A stretch of 64,000 bases of DNA from Promethearchaeota archaeon (GTDB lineage: Archaea; Asgardarchaeota; Lokiarchaeia; Sigyniarchaeales; SOKP01), in contig JBHLOY010000002.1 of the NCBI GenBank assembly GCA_048939995.1, positions 64,001-128,000 of the forward strand, written 5' to 3'. Positions 20,005-30,279 of this stretch are shown one piece after another. A program made the position numbers and the translations under genes. Position 1 is the first letter of the stretch; the number at the start of each line of letters is the position of its first letter. The notes beneath the pieces were generated by a model. It searched no databases and had not been told where the DNA came from. It saw nothing but the letters and a program-made list of their open reading frames with translations.

Positions 20005-23000
20005 ATGGTTATCAGCATTAAAGAACTCAAGTATTACTGCCCTTTTTGTCAAAACAAGTTAAGTTCTCGCTATTCCAAATGTTTTAATACTTACTGTGAA
20101 GGTCAAAAGTTTAATGTTGGTAATTTAATTTATTATCGTTTAAATCCAAACTTAGGAATAGGTAGGATTCAAAAGAAATTAGAGATACCTGCATCAAGGA
20201 GATTAGATGAGGAAGATACTTTTCTCATTACTAAATTTAAAGTCCAATTTGAGAATAATATCAGTAGAATTGTTCATCCGATTGATCTTATTCACGTAAT
20301 ATTTACTTTAAATGAACGAGTTATAATTGAATCAGGAACAGGAGTTATAAACTCGAATGACTTTCTCTTCAAAGATGGCAAAATTTCCTATGAAATATTA
20401 TTTCCAAATGGAAATCTCTCTCAAATTTCTGAATCTGAAATAAAATCTATTTATCAACCTTTAATAAAAAAAATTATCTCAAGCAGAGTAACCGATCCTC
20501 CTCAAAACTTCTTAATTAAATATTGGGCTAATCTTTTTCATTCATATTATACCTCATATCAGATAAAATGTATTACGAATAGCAGGTTATCATTAATGCC
20601 TCATCAAATAAATGTAGCTCATCGTTTATCAGAGGAATATTTCCCAAGAGTGATTCTTGCAGACGAGGTTGGGCTTGGAAAAACAATAGAAGCTGGTATA
20701 TTTATTAAGGAAATGATGGCTAGGAACTTAGCAGAAAGGATTTTAATTATCGTACCTGCCTCACTTGTGAAACAATGGGCTTTTGAAATGAGCAATAAGT
20801 TTAATATTGAATTTACTATCTATGATGGTAAGAAAATTAAAGAATTGAAACAAAGAGGGGATAACAAGAGTTTCAATTTATTAGAGAACCCATTTTATTA
20901 CGATAGTAAGCTCATACTATCATTACAATTTGCTCGAAATCCAAAATATATAGATTTACTCTCTCGTATTTCATGGGATATTGTTGTCTTCGATGAAGCA
21001 CATCATTTAAGACGATATTTATTAAATCAAGCCACAGGAAGTTATCGAGAAACTTTAAATTATACATTAGCAAGAAAAGTAAGTAATACTAGCGAATCTT
21101 TGCTTCTATTAACAGCAACACCATTGCAACTCCATTCTTTTGAATTGTATTCTTTAATTGAACTCATTCAGAGAGAAGCTTTTGAAAGTTTTTCAGAGTT
21201 CGAACATTTTAGAAAGAATATGCCTTTTATTAATCTTCTTGTTGCAAACATCAATCAGATTGAGAAGTTAAATAACTTTGAAGTAAAAAATACAGTTAAG
21301 TTGCTTAAAAACTTAAATTACATAGATTGGAAAAAAGGTGATAATGAAATTCTAAATTCTTTAAAAGATGATACTTTTAAACTCAATTTAGTAAAAAAGA
21401 TTGAAAAAGATCATACTTTATGGAAATTTCTTATTCGTAATCGTAAAAAGAATGTTTTTTCTGAGGATTTATTAAATAAGAGAATAGTAAAGACTATAAT
21501 TGTAAATCCATCAAGAGAGGAATTAGAAGTTTATAATGAGATTCGTCTCTACTTAGCCAAAATTTATAACTTATCTATTAATGAAGGAAATGTTGGTTTG
21601 GGATTTATCATAACTACTTTACAAAAATTATTAACTAGTTCTAAATATGCGTTCTTAAAAAGTCTTGAGAGAAGATTGGAGCAAATAAAAAGATATAAAA
21701 GTTTGAGGATTAATTTAGAGGAACTTAGAGAAGAGGATCCAGAGTATTTTGAAATAGAACTTGAAGAAGAAAATATTGAGAGTGATGTTTTTGATCATCT
21801 AAATGGGATTAAATCTAATAATAGTCAAGAATCTCCTTTAGATATTATAAATCAAGAAAAATTGTTAATTGATTTTTATGATAAATTAACATCCCTATCT
21901 TATGATACAAAATCTAAGAAGTTAATTGAATTGCTTTCCCAGATTTATGAAGCTAATAAAAATGAAAAAGTGTTAATCTTTACCCAGTTCGTTGACACTT
22001 TAATACATCTTAAGGAATTAATTCAAAGCTACATAAAAGAGAGTCAAGTGGAAGTATTTTATGGGGGGCTAGATAAAGATGAGAAAGATCTAGCTGTTGA
22101 AAGATTTCGAACTGATGATAAATTCTCAGTTTTAATCTCAACAGAAATTGGAGGTGAGGGCAGAAATTTCCAATTTTGTAGGGTGTTAGTTAATTATGAT
22201 CTTCCATGGAATCCAATGAAATTAGAACAAAGAATAGGGCGACTAGATAGAATTGGTCAGGAATCTAAGGAGATATATATCTACAATTTTTTCTTGGAGG
22301 GAACAATAGAAACAGATATTATTTTTGCTTTAAATAAGAGAATAAACCTATTTGAAGAGTCAATTGGCGTTTTAGAACCAATTATAGGAAAAATTGAAAA
22401 AGAAATTAAAGAAATTGTTTTTATTGAAAGTGAGGGAAAGAAAAGAAAAAAATTGAATGAATTCTATCGCAATCTCGATGAGCAATTTCAGAGAGCCAAA
22501 GAAATTGAAATGCAGTTTGAAGATTTATTAATAGATAAAAAATCATTTCAAATGGATGATTTAATTACATCCTGTGAGGACGTCAAACTAACACATAATG
22601 AATTATATCTTCTAATTAAATATTTTTTTGAGTTAAAAGATAATTTGTATGGATATTTAGAAAAATACAGAGATAAGATGAGTAATTCGCTCGTGAAAAT
22701 TAGTATGAAAGAGGATCTGTTATCGAATTCGAATTTTAACCTTTCTGAGGAATATATTGGAACTTTTAACTTAAATTTAGCACGAGAAAGAGAAGATATT
22801 GATTTTTTCGCTTTAGGACATCCTATGATAAACGCTATTATAGATTTTTGTAGAAATAATTCATTTAAAGGAAATTTTACCTTCCTAATAATAAAAAAAA
22901 ATCGTTTAGCGAAGATTTTTCAGATGAATTTCCAAAAAGATAAAACATTTTATTTATTAATATTTAAAATTAAATTTCAAGGTTATATTATCGAATATCA

Positions 23001-23589
23001 GTATATTGCAATCATAGTCGATGAGAATGGTGAAGAGATTGAAAATCTAGCTGAAATCATACTTAATATTGAAAATTTTTCAAAAATATTTGAATATGAG
23101 CACTTTACTGATAATATATTAGATTTAAATCAGGGACTTACAGAAGAAATCGTTCTGAAAGCAAAAAATCTAGTAAAGAGAAAAACATCGAACTGGAAAC
23201 AAGAGATAAGGGCATTAAATGATAAAATCTATAATTTAGAGCGAAGTAAGAAAGAAAAAGTTTATCAGTTTAAAAGCAAGATATTAACTCAAAAAATTGG
23301 GAATTTAAATCGTAAATTAGAAAGAAAAGTAAAACAAAAACCAACTGAAAAACAAATGAAGAATATTTTAAGTTTAACTGATGAAGCTAAAAGAAGAGAA
23401 AGGTTAAAAAAAGTGAAGCAAATTGATGAGGATATAAATTTTCTTGAAAAGGATATTGCTTTTACAGAAAAAAAAATTGATGATTTATCTTTTGAATTTG
23501 AAGATATTAAAAATGAAATGATAAAAAGAAACTTAGCTAAATTTTATACGAATTTATCTTCTTTTGCTATTGTGAAAATAGTAGAATAA
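20005..23589 (+). CDS. SNF2-family helicase/ATPase, RapA/HepA-like
   Basis: PHQ, LADEVGLGKTIEAG, DEAHH, LTATP, GGEGRNFQ, DLPWNPMKLEQRIGRLDRIGQ. N-terminal Cys4 cluster and C-terminal coiled coil. Confidence 0.9.
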   Translation: MVISIKELKYYCPFCQNKLSSRYSKCFNTYCEGQKFNVGNLIYYRLNPNLGIGRIQKKLEIPASRRLDEEDTFLITKFKVQFENNISRIVHPIDLIHVIFTLNERVIIESGTGVINSNDFLFKDGKISYEILFPNGNLSQISESEIKSIYQPLIKKIISSRVTDPPQNFLIKYWANLFHSYYTSYQIKCITNSRLSLMPHQINVAHRLSEEYFPRVILADEVGLGKTIEAGIFIKEMMARNLAERILIIVPASLVKQWAFEMSNKFNIEFTIYDGKKIKELKQRGDNKSFNLLENPFYYDSKLILSLQFARNPKYIDLLSRISWDIVVFDEAHHLRRYLLNQATGSYRETLNYTLARKVSNTSESLLLLTATPLQLHSFELYSLIELIQREAFESFSEFEHFRKNMPFINLLVANINQIEKLNNFEVKNTVKLLKNLNYIDWKKGDNEILNSLKDDTFKLNLVKKIEKDHTLWKFLIRNRKKNVFSEDLLNKRIVKTIIVNPSREELEVYNEIRLYLAKIYNLSINEGNVGLGFIITTLQKLLTSSKYAFLKSLERRLEQIKRYKSLRINLEELREEDPEYFEIELEEENIESDVFDHLNGIKSNNSQESPLDIINQEKLLIDFYDKLTSLSYDTKSKKLIELLSQIYEANKNEKVLIFTQFVDTLIHLKELIQSYIKESQVEVFYGGLDKDEKDLAVERFRTDDKFSVLISTEIGGEGRNFQFCRVLVNYDLPWNPMKLEQRIGRLDRIGQESKEIYIYNFFLEGTIETDIIFALNKRINLFEESIGVLEPIIGKIEKEIKEIVFIESEGKKRKKLNEFYRNLDEQFQRAKEIEMQFEDLLIDKKSFQMDDLITSCEDVKLTHNELYLLIKYFFELKDNLYGYLEKYRDKMSNSLVKISMKEDLLSNSNFNLSEEYIGTFNLNLAREREDIDFFALGHPMINAIIDFCRNNSFKGNFTFLIIKKNRLAKIFQMNFQKDKTFYLLIFKIKFQGYIIEYQYIAIIVDENGEEIENLAEIILNIENFSKIFEYEHFTDNILDLNQGLTEEIVLKAKNLVKRKTSNWKQEIRALNDKIYNLERSKKEKVYQFKSKILTQKIGNLNRKLERKVKQKPTEKQMKNILSLTDEAKRRERLKKVKQIDEDINFLEKDIAFTEKKIDDLSFEFEDIKNEMIKRNLAKFYTNLSSFAIVKIVE

Positions 23590-23605
23590 TATTATAAGAC
23601 TAATT

Positions 23606-23992
23606 CTATTTATAATTAAGTAAAAATTCTAAGAAGAGAATACCATAAATCAGGTCTACTATTACTGGTATAAAGAAAATTATATTGAAATCCCCCATAA
23701 TAAAATAAATTAAGAATAATATGAAGAGTGAAAACTTCTCAATGACACAGATTTGAACGATTCCTCTATTCTTAGTAATATCTTTACTTATTATATATAA
23801 AACTATACCAATAAGAACAACAAAAACCAAGAAACCATGCATGAATAATAAGCTAGGAGGAATCGAGATGCCAAGGAAATGTGCTGCTAATGGTAGGAAA
23901 AATAGAGTTAATAGCACAAACAGGATCCCAATTACCCAATTCCATAAAGCACCGCTAAGAAACATATATCTATAATATTTTTCGCGATCCAT
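23606..23992 (-). CDS. Small 4-TM membrane protein
   Basis: 128 aa with four hydrophobic helices. Confidence 0.75.
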   Translation of the reverse strand: MDREKYYRYMFLSGALWNWVIGILFVLLTLFFLPLAAHFLGISIPPSLLFMHGFLVFVVLIGIVLYIISKDITKNRGIVQICVIEKFSLFILFLIYFIMGDFNIIFFIPVIVDLIYGILFLEFLLNYK

Positions 23993-24047
23993 CTATTTTC
24001 ACAAGATTGACTTTTTAAGAAAAATGTCTTATTATAATAAAAGCTTT

Positions 24048-24875
24048 CTAACTTGATGAAAAGTTAGCTTTAACAAGGTTATACTTTTTACCAAACCTTT
24101 TAAAGAGTTTTGTCCCTCCTCCCTCTTGAATAATTTGCAAAACCGCGTTAGAATTTATTATTTGCATACCCCCAACTATATCCACCCCATAATCAAATAA
24201 AACATCTGGAATAAAACTTACAGTTGGACCCAGGACAATTATAAACTTAGCATGCTCCTTAAAAATTGCTAATATATCTTCTAAACTATCATTAATTAAC
24301 GATGTACCGCTACAAAATAGGATATCGCAATCTAAATCTCTCTTATTTAATTCCTTAACATCTTTTTTTATATTTAGTCCATTTGAATGCTGTTGGAGCA
24401 AAATATTATTATCCACGATAATTATATGATTAGTAATAACCATAAGCTGCTTAATTAGTGGACTGAAAAACCCAATAAAATTTATTCTTGTATTTTTATT
24501 TACTTTTAAATACTCTACTAGATTTTGTTTCAATTCATCATAAGGATTTATTATAGCTAAAATATGTTGTGAAGCTGCATTTAATGTCGCAATTCCAATT
24601 ATTTTTTGCAAACTAGGGGATCCTAAAGACCATTTCATTAATTCTATATATGAGTTTTCAGTTAATTTTCCAGCAAAATTGATCTTTGAACAATCTGTCG
24701 TGTGAATAATATTTGGTAAAGTCTGAGCTACACCCAGAAAGGGATTATAGGCTAATGCAGATAGCTCAACTCCAGTGTATCCCAAACCAACCACTATCTT
24801 AGTCACTTTTGGCGGTAGAATTTTACGATACTTATAGATTTGTAATATTAATTCAAGAGTTCTTTCTAAAATCAT
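24048..24875 (-). CDS. DUF364 / Rossmann-like putative metal-chelation protein
   Basis: GIATLNA, SGTSLIN, GPT and GVDIVGG motifs. Confidence 0.8.
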   Translation of the reverse strand: MILERTLELILQIYKYRKILPPKVTKIVVGLGYTGVELSALAYNPFLGVAQTLPNIIHTTDCSKINFAGKLTENSYIELMKWSLGSPSLQKIIGIATLNAASQHILAIINPYDELKQNLVEYLKVNKNTRINFIGFFSPLIKQLMVITNHIIIVDNNILLQQHSNGLNIKKDVKELNKRDLDCDILFCSGTSLINDSLEDILAIFKEHAKFIIVLGPTVSFIPDVLFDYGVDIVGGMQIINSNAVLQIIQEGGGTKLFKRFGKKYNLVKANFSSS

Positions 24876-24991
24876 TACTAATAGATAAAATATAACACTT
24901 ATTTAAATTTTTTAATATACATTAAGAGATTAAAACGCGAAAAATTAAAAAAAAATGGGAAATATCCTATTCAAGTCAAGAAATTTTTAAA

Positions 24992-25384
24992 TTGGAGATT
25001 AAAATGGATTATATTATAATTGAAAATGAGAAAATCGGTCAGATTAAGGCCAAGCTATTAGTAGATAAAAATCCAAATACTTGTAAGTCAATATGGGAAA
25101 AACTTCCATTTGATTTACGGTTATCTAGATGGGGAGAAGAGTTGTATGGAGAAATCCCTGTACATATCGGCGAAGAAAATTCTCAAATTGATTGTGAAGT
25201 AGGAGATGTTGGATATTGGCCATCTGGTAATGGATTTTGTATCTTTTTCGGGCCGACACCCGCCAGTAAAGACGACAGACCTAAAGCAGCCTCAGCAGTA
25301 AATATTTTTGCTAAGATTGAGGGAGACCCCAAAATCTTTAAGCAATTTTCATCCTTTGAAGGAGTTGCTAAGAAAATGGAGTGA
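24992..25384 (+). CDS. Cyclophilin-like fold protein (DUF369/TM1367-like)
   Basis: RWGEELY, GDVGYWPSGNGFCIFFGPTP. Confidence 0.85.
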   Translation: MEIKMDYIIIENEKIGQIKAKLLVDKNPNTCKSIWEKLPFDLRLSRWGEELYGEIPVHIGEENSQIDCEVGDVGYWPSGNGFCIFFGPTPASKDDRPKAASAVNIFAKIEGDPKIFKQFSSFEGVAKKME

Positions 25385-26682
25385 TTAGCTTTATGAGTTT
25401 ACAAGAATGTTTAGCATATCGCAAAGATTGTGCAGGTGGAGCTCAAACTTTAAAACTTTCTGAGGTAAAAAGTCTTTGTAAGTCCGCTCAACAAGGAGAT
25501 TCTTCAAAACCTTTGTTTGTGGTTCTACCTGATGGACCAGATTATAAGGGTGGTATATATAAATATGATAAAGAGGAGTTTACCTTAATAACAGAAAATG
25601 AAAAAACTTCACATGTAATGGAGCTTTATCCTGAGGTGCTTTGGAAAGAAAATATCGAATTGACTGAGTTAATCAATATAGGGCTTGTATGGCAATATTT
25701 ATCACTAAAAGCAGGAAGTATGGGATTTGGTGTGTCCCAACGTGCTAGGCCACCTAAAAAAATCAATAAAGTTGTAAATTCTATTACAAATCAGAATTAT
25801 ATATTTCCTTATTCTGTGGCAGTCCAAAAAAGAGATCATAATTATTTGTTAGAGGATACTTCACAACCTCTCCAGATAAAATTAGAAAAAGGTATCTATT
25901 TCCTTGATACACCTGAATGTTATAAAAATCGAGCAATTTATGAAAAAAAGTATGAAGGTGTTTCTTTAGAGGCTGCTGTTTTTAAACAAATAAAGAAAAA
26001 AGAATCAGATCAGACTAACTATAGCGAACTCTCGCAATTATTATGGGCTAGTCAAGGAGAAAATGATCATGCAACTCACGGAAACAGAGATAAATTAGAA
26101 AAAAATGGATACGGGCGTGTACACGCATCAGGATGTGCAGGATATGCTGTTTATCCTCTAGTTTTTATTAATAATTTAACAGGTATACCAAATGGAGCGT
26201 ATATCTACAACCCCGTCGGTATTTCAGCATTAAATAGATGGATCACTATTGATAATATGAAAAAATATGATCATTTACTTAAAATCTATTCTAATGATAA
26301 TTTCAAAGTTGAAATACAGAAGGAATTCAATATTGGATCCTCAAAATATTTGATCTTATTATGCATTGATAGAAAAAAGCCCTGTTCAGGCTTTATGCAT
26401 AGTAAAGTTGGAAAGATGTTTTTGGATATCCAATATTGGGCTGAAATTGAAGCAGGTATGGCACTTGCCGGATTACAACTTCAAGCAAATGCTTTAGGGT
26501 TAAAATGGCAAAAAGTAGTATTATCCAATCCAGATGATAATAAATACAGATCATTATTTAATCTAGATCTTGCCGAAAGTAATATTAATAAAATGGCATT
26601 AAATTTAGTAAATCTTCCCAAAAATGAGAAGTTATCCCTTAAAGGAAATTTAATTCCTTCTGTTTTGTTTTACTTGGAATAA
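25381..26682 (+). CDS. Divergent nitroreductase/SagB-ThcOx-like protein, apparently two domains
   Basis: LSQLLWASQG, G.Y.Y.P and IEAG...LQLQANALGL match the SagB-type FMN fold. The N-terminal half repeats the pattern (IGLVWQYLSLKAGSMG). Confidence 0.6.
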   Translation: MISFMSLQECLAYRKDCAGGAQTLKLSEVKSLCKSAQQGDSSKPLFVVLPDGPDYKGGIYKYDKEEFTLITENEKTSHVMELYPEVLWKENIELTELINIGLVWQYLSLKAGSMGFGVSQRARPPKKINKVVNSITNQNYIFPYSVAVQKRDHNYLLEDTSQPLQIKLEKGIYFLDTPECYKNRAIYEKKYEGVSLEAAVFKQIKKKESDQTNYSELSQLLWASQGENDHATHGNRDKLEKNGYGRVHASGCAGYAVYPLVFINNLTGIPNGAYIYNPVGISALNRWITIDNMKKYDHLLKIYSNDNFKVEIQKEFNIGSSKYLILLCIDRKKPCSGFMHSKVGKMFLDIQYWAEIEAGMALAGLQLQANALGLKWQKVVLSNPDDNKYRSLFNLDLAESNINKMALNLVNLPKNEKLSLKGNLIPSVLFYLE

Positions 26683-26877
26683 ATTCAGTAGAACTAATTT
26701 TATTTTTTCCTTATTCTTTTTGTATAACAATTGCTAATTAATTTCCTTATTTTGTTATAAAATTAAAAAGTTCAGATGTAGTTCATAGTTCAGATGTACT
26801 TTTTAAATTGAATCTATTTTAGGCATCTTTAACATAGCATTTATAATGCAATTAAAAAGATTAGCACTGAAAGAATA

Positions 26878-28197
26878 ATGGCATCAAATAAAACTTTTAG
26901 ATATTATATATATTTTTTGTTTGGTCAACAATTTTCAATGTTGGGAAGTCTTATTGTCGGATTTGTAATTACATGGTGGATAACAATTGAGACAGGTAAT
27001 GCTATTTACCTCTCAATTTCAGTGTTTTTAATGTTTATTCCCCAAATAGTTGTCACACCATTTTCAGGGGTTATTGCAGATCGATGGAATAAAAAAACTA
27101 TTATCATAATTTCAGACTCCATGCAGGCATTAGCGACACTTTTAATTTTCACATTCTTTCTTTTCGATTTTAAAAATATCTGGTTTGTTTTAGGAGTAAA
27201 CACTTTTCGAGCAGCTTTATTTGCATTTCAATATCCTACTGTTCAATCCTTGATACCAACTATGGTTCCTAAAGACCAATTGAGTAGAATAAATGGAATT
27301 AATTTCTTATCTTCTGGTATAATAAATGGAATTGGTCCTATGATCGCTGCTACGCTTTTAGCATTCTTTCCAGTAACACAAATTTTACTACTTGATGTGG
27401 GAACGTTTCTAATTGCTTTGATTCCCTTGATGTTAATAAAAATTCCTATGGTAAATAGGATTAATAAAGAAGAAGTTGTTAAAAATTCGATGTTCAAAGA
27501 CTTTAAAGCAGGATTATTAACGATCAAAATGATACCAGGATTATTTGCTATGATTGCTTTTGCAATGATATGGAATTTTTTGAGTCGCCCATGGATGGTA
27601 TTGTTGCCTTATTTTGTTAGATATACTCACGAAGGATCTGCTTTTAATTTAGCCTTGCTAATGGCAGTATCTCAAGGTGCGAACATAGTTGGTTCTCTCA
27701 TTATGTCTATTAAGAAAACATGGAAACATAAAATCAAAATAAATATCATTGGAGCATCGTTATTTTTTGTTGGGATGATACCTGCAACTTTTGCTCCCCA
27801 AGGTAATTTTATTCTAATGATGATATCTCTGTTTCCAGGATGGGTACTACTTCCAATCACAATTTCCACCTATTTAGCAATCATACAGATAACTGTTTCA
27901 AAAGACAAAATTGGGAGAGTAATGTCACTTGATCATATGATCTCTATGGCAATTGCTCCAATCGGAGCACTCATCGCCGGTCCACTAGCAGAAATGCTTG
28001 GTATAGTTAATTTATTCACCATTTGTGCTATTATTGGCGCTGCTTTTCCGGTATTTATATGGCTTTTTACAAAAATAAGACATTTAGAAATAATTGATAG
28101 ACAAAAACTAGCGGAAACTGAAGTAATCGAGGAAGAAGAAAAAGAACAGCAAATAGAAGTTGCTGAAATTGTTGATTATATCGAACCAGTTGAATAG
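26878..28197 (+). CDS. MFS transporter (MefA/H+ antiporter-like)
   Basis: GQQFSMLGS, motif A GVIADRWNKK, about 12 TMs. Confidence 0.9.
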   Translation: MASNKTFRYYIYFLFGQQFSMLGSLIVGFVITWWITIETGNAIYLSISVFLMFIPQIVVTPFSGVIADRWNKKTIIIISDSMQALATLLIFTFFLFDFKNIWFVLGVNTFRAALFAFQYPTVQSLIPTMVPKDQLSRINGINFLSSGIINGIGPMIAATLLAFFPVTQILLLDVGTFLIALIPLMLIKIPMVNRINKEEVVKNSMFKDFKAGLLTIKMIPGLFAMIAFAMIWNFLSRPWMVLLPYFVRYTHEGSAFNLALLMAVSQGANIVGSLIMSIKKTWKHKIKINIIGASLFFVGMIPATFAPQGNFILMMISLFPGWVLLPITISTYLAIIQITVSKDKIGRVMSLDHMISMAIAPIGALIAGPLAEMLGIVNLFTICAIIGAAFPVFIWLFTKIRHLEIIDRQKLAETEVIEEEEKEQQIEVAEIVDYIEPVE

Positions 28198-28205
28198 TTA
28201 AAGGA

Positions 28206-28814
28206 TTATTTTTTTAACTTTTTCTTTCTTTTATAATTTTGATAGCGCTTCAGTCCAAATGAGCCAAATGCTATAATTAACATGATGGTAAAAATGATCA
28301 ATATCCCTATATTCCTAAAATCTGTTCCTATTAGTAATCCATGAATGTAAATTAAAAGCAAAGCAAAATAATTCAGTATGTGAAAAAACCTCCAATATTT
28401 CTGTATTTTCTTTCTGATAATCGCAGCTAAAACTGCAATATAAATTAATATCAAGGCAAGCCTTCCCCCTAATTCTAAAAACCTTATCCATGGGATAAAG
28501 ACCGGGATAAATACAAAAATATTCATTTCAGAGATTGCAAAAGTAACGGGATGCAGAGTAATCATTATTAGTCCAAAGATAGAATATATATGATGTTGCT
28601 TAATAAACGGCTTACCAAATATCTTATATAATTGTACCATAAAAGGAGACATTGTGGTTGCTATAAAAATTGCAGTAAATCCAAATAAAGCCCCTAATCT
28701 AATAAAGAAGTAAAATGGATCCGAAATCGGTGTTTGTAAGAATAGAATGAAGACTATAATGAATAAGGCTAGATTAATACTTATTAAAACTATAGCTTTT
28801 TTATTTAATTCCAT
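28206..28814 (-). CDS. Ferric-reductase-like transmembrane heme b protein (MsrQ-like)
   Basis: Heme-ligand His pairs HH...LHP and WRFFH...IHG in TM helices. Confidence 0.75.
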   Translation of the reverse strand: MELNKKAIVLISINLALFIIVFILFLQTPISDPFYFFIRLGALFGFTAIFIATTMSPFMVQLYKIFGKPFIKQHHIYSIFGLIMITLHPVTFAISEMNIFVFIPVFIPWIRFLELGGRLALILIYIAVLAAIIRKKIQKYWRFFHILNYFALLLIYIHGLLIGTDFRNIGILIIFTIMLIIAFGSFGLKRYQNYKRKKKLKK

Positions 28815-28865
28815 AATTACCCAATTTTTTAGTTTTTTATGATATATATATAATTTTATTTAAAT

Positions 28866-29385
28866 TTATAAAATAAATTGAAGGTGAATATCTTCTGGTT
28901 CTAATTCATATAATTTAGGAATTAATTCATTTGTCAATTTACAACCTATTCCCAGATAAAAATCTATAGTATTTTTAGAAGGGGTAGAGATAAATAACTT
29001 TTTAGCACTTTTTTTTTTCACGTTCAATCATTATTTTCATTAAATTTGTTCCAAGCCCTTGATTTCTGTAATCTATATCTACATGAAAAAATATAACTTG
29101 GAGTTGATCTTTAGTCAAGCCAATAAATTTGGATCCTAAAGCTGCTATTCCTACTATTTTATTATCATCAAAAGCTCCATATATAAATCCACCTTGGTCA
29201 TACACATTATAAAGATCTTTTATATGGATATCAAATTCTTCGGAAGTCCAACCTGGGTCATCAACAAATTCGTTTTTAATAAATAATTTTCCACTTTTAT
29301 AGTAATACAATTGTTCTACAATTTCTCTCCTATTAATTTCTCTCAATTTTTCAATTTCCTTCCTTTGGATTAATTTTATTTCCAT
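28866..29385 (-). pseudogene. GNAT acetyltransferase frameshifted at an A10 run
   Basis: The track ORF stops at 29002. Removing one A from the run at 29009-29018 restores SAKKLFISTPSKNTIDFYLGIGCKLTNELIPKLYELEPEDIHLQFIL* (stop 28866-28868), a typical GNAT C-terminus. Confidence 0.8.
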
Positions 29386-29386
29386 T

Positions 29387-30127
29387 TTAGCTCTGTTTTT
29401 GTTTTAATTTAGCTAAATATAATCCATCCTCACTATTATAAAGTATTTTACAGTTTAATGAGTGTTCGTTAGCTAAGACTTTTAATGTGTCAGGATCAAT
29501 ATGTAAAATTTGAAACCATTCACCTTTTACTCCCATAAACTCTATACGTATATTAATTTCACCTCTATACTTTCCATTTTCTATATTTCTTTTCTGGTAT
29601 TCAATATGTTTTGGATTGTCAGTCACTCTTACATCTCTGGAATCCATTAATATAAACCCCTCTGGATTCAATAATGTTTTGGCGTGAATTAAAAAAGTTT
29701 TAAGACCATCGAGATCCCCAACAAAAGCAATTGAACATCCCATTAAAAGGAGAGTGTCAAATCTATTCCCTTGAATTTCATAGGGCGTTTTACATTTAAC
29801 ATTTTTTACTCCCCTTTGTTTCATTACTTCACATGCTTTATCGGAAATGTCAATCGCTAAAACATCAAATCCTCTTCTCTGTAACTCTAAACTATGCCTT
29901 CCAGCGCCAGCTCCGATATCTAAAATTTTACCCCTACATTTTTCAATTGCGATTTTTTCTCTCTCTGGGAAACTTAAATATTCTCGAAAATATCCTTCTA
30001 TAAAATCTTCAGTGTTTTGGTCATCGTCTCTATGGTAAATAATTTTTACATCTTTGTCTCCTTTGTAGTAAGTTTCCAATGCTAAACCAAAAGGCTCCAT
30101 TGCTTTTTTGGACATATTATCATACAA
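29387..30127 (-). CDS. Class I SAM-dependent methyltransferase
   Basis: ILDIGAGAGRHSL and AIDIS motifs. Confidence 0.88.
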   Translation of the reverse strand: MYDNMSKKAMEPFGLALETYYKGDKDVKIIYHRDDDQNTEDFIEGYFREYLSFPEREKIAIEKCRGKILDIGAGAGRHSLELQRRGFDVLAIDISDKACEVMKQRGVKNVKCKTPYEIQGNRFDTLLLMGCSIAFVGDLDGLKTFLIHAKTLLNPEGFILMDSRDVRVTDNPKHIEYQKRNIENGKYRGEINIRIEFMGVKGEWFQILHIDPDTLKVLANEHSLNCKILYNSEDGLYLAKLKQKQS

Positions 30128-30187
30128 CTCTTAAATCTCGTTTTTTCGATTGAATTTTGTTAATATTTTATCTTAATTTTTAATTTA

Positions 30188-30211
30188 TTCGTGAAAGCAC
30201 ACTTTCACGAA
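30188..30211. repeat. Perfect 10-bp inverted repeat between divergent genes
   Basis: TTCGTGAAAG-CACA-CTTTCACGAA. Confidence 0.7.
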
Positions 30212-30279
30212 ATTTAAATTTTTTTAACTTATTTAATCTATATTTAAAAGATATTATTGATCTTAATAAGATTGATTCT

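Noticed and set aside
20005-23589. DISARM/BREX-type defence locus
   Set aside because: No adjacent DNA methyltransferase, nuclease, PLD or DUF1998 genes.
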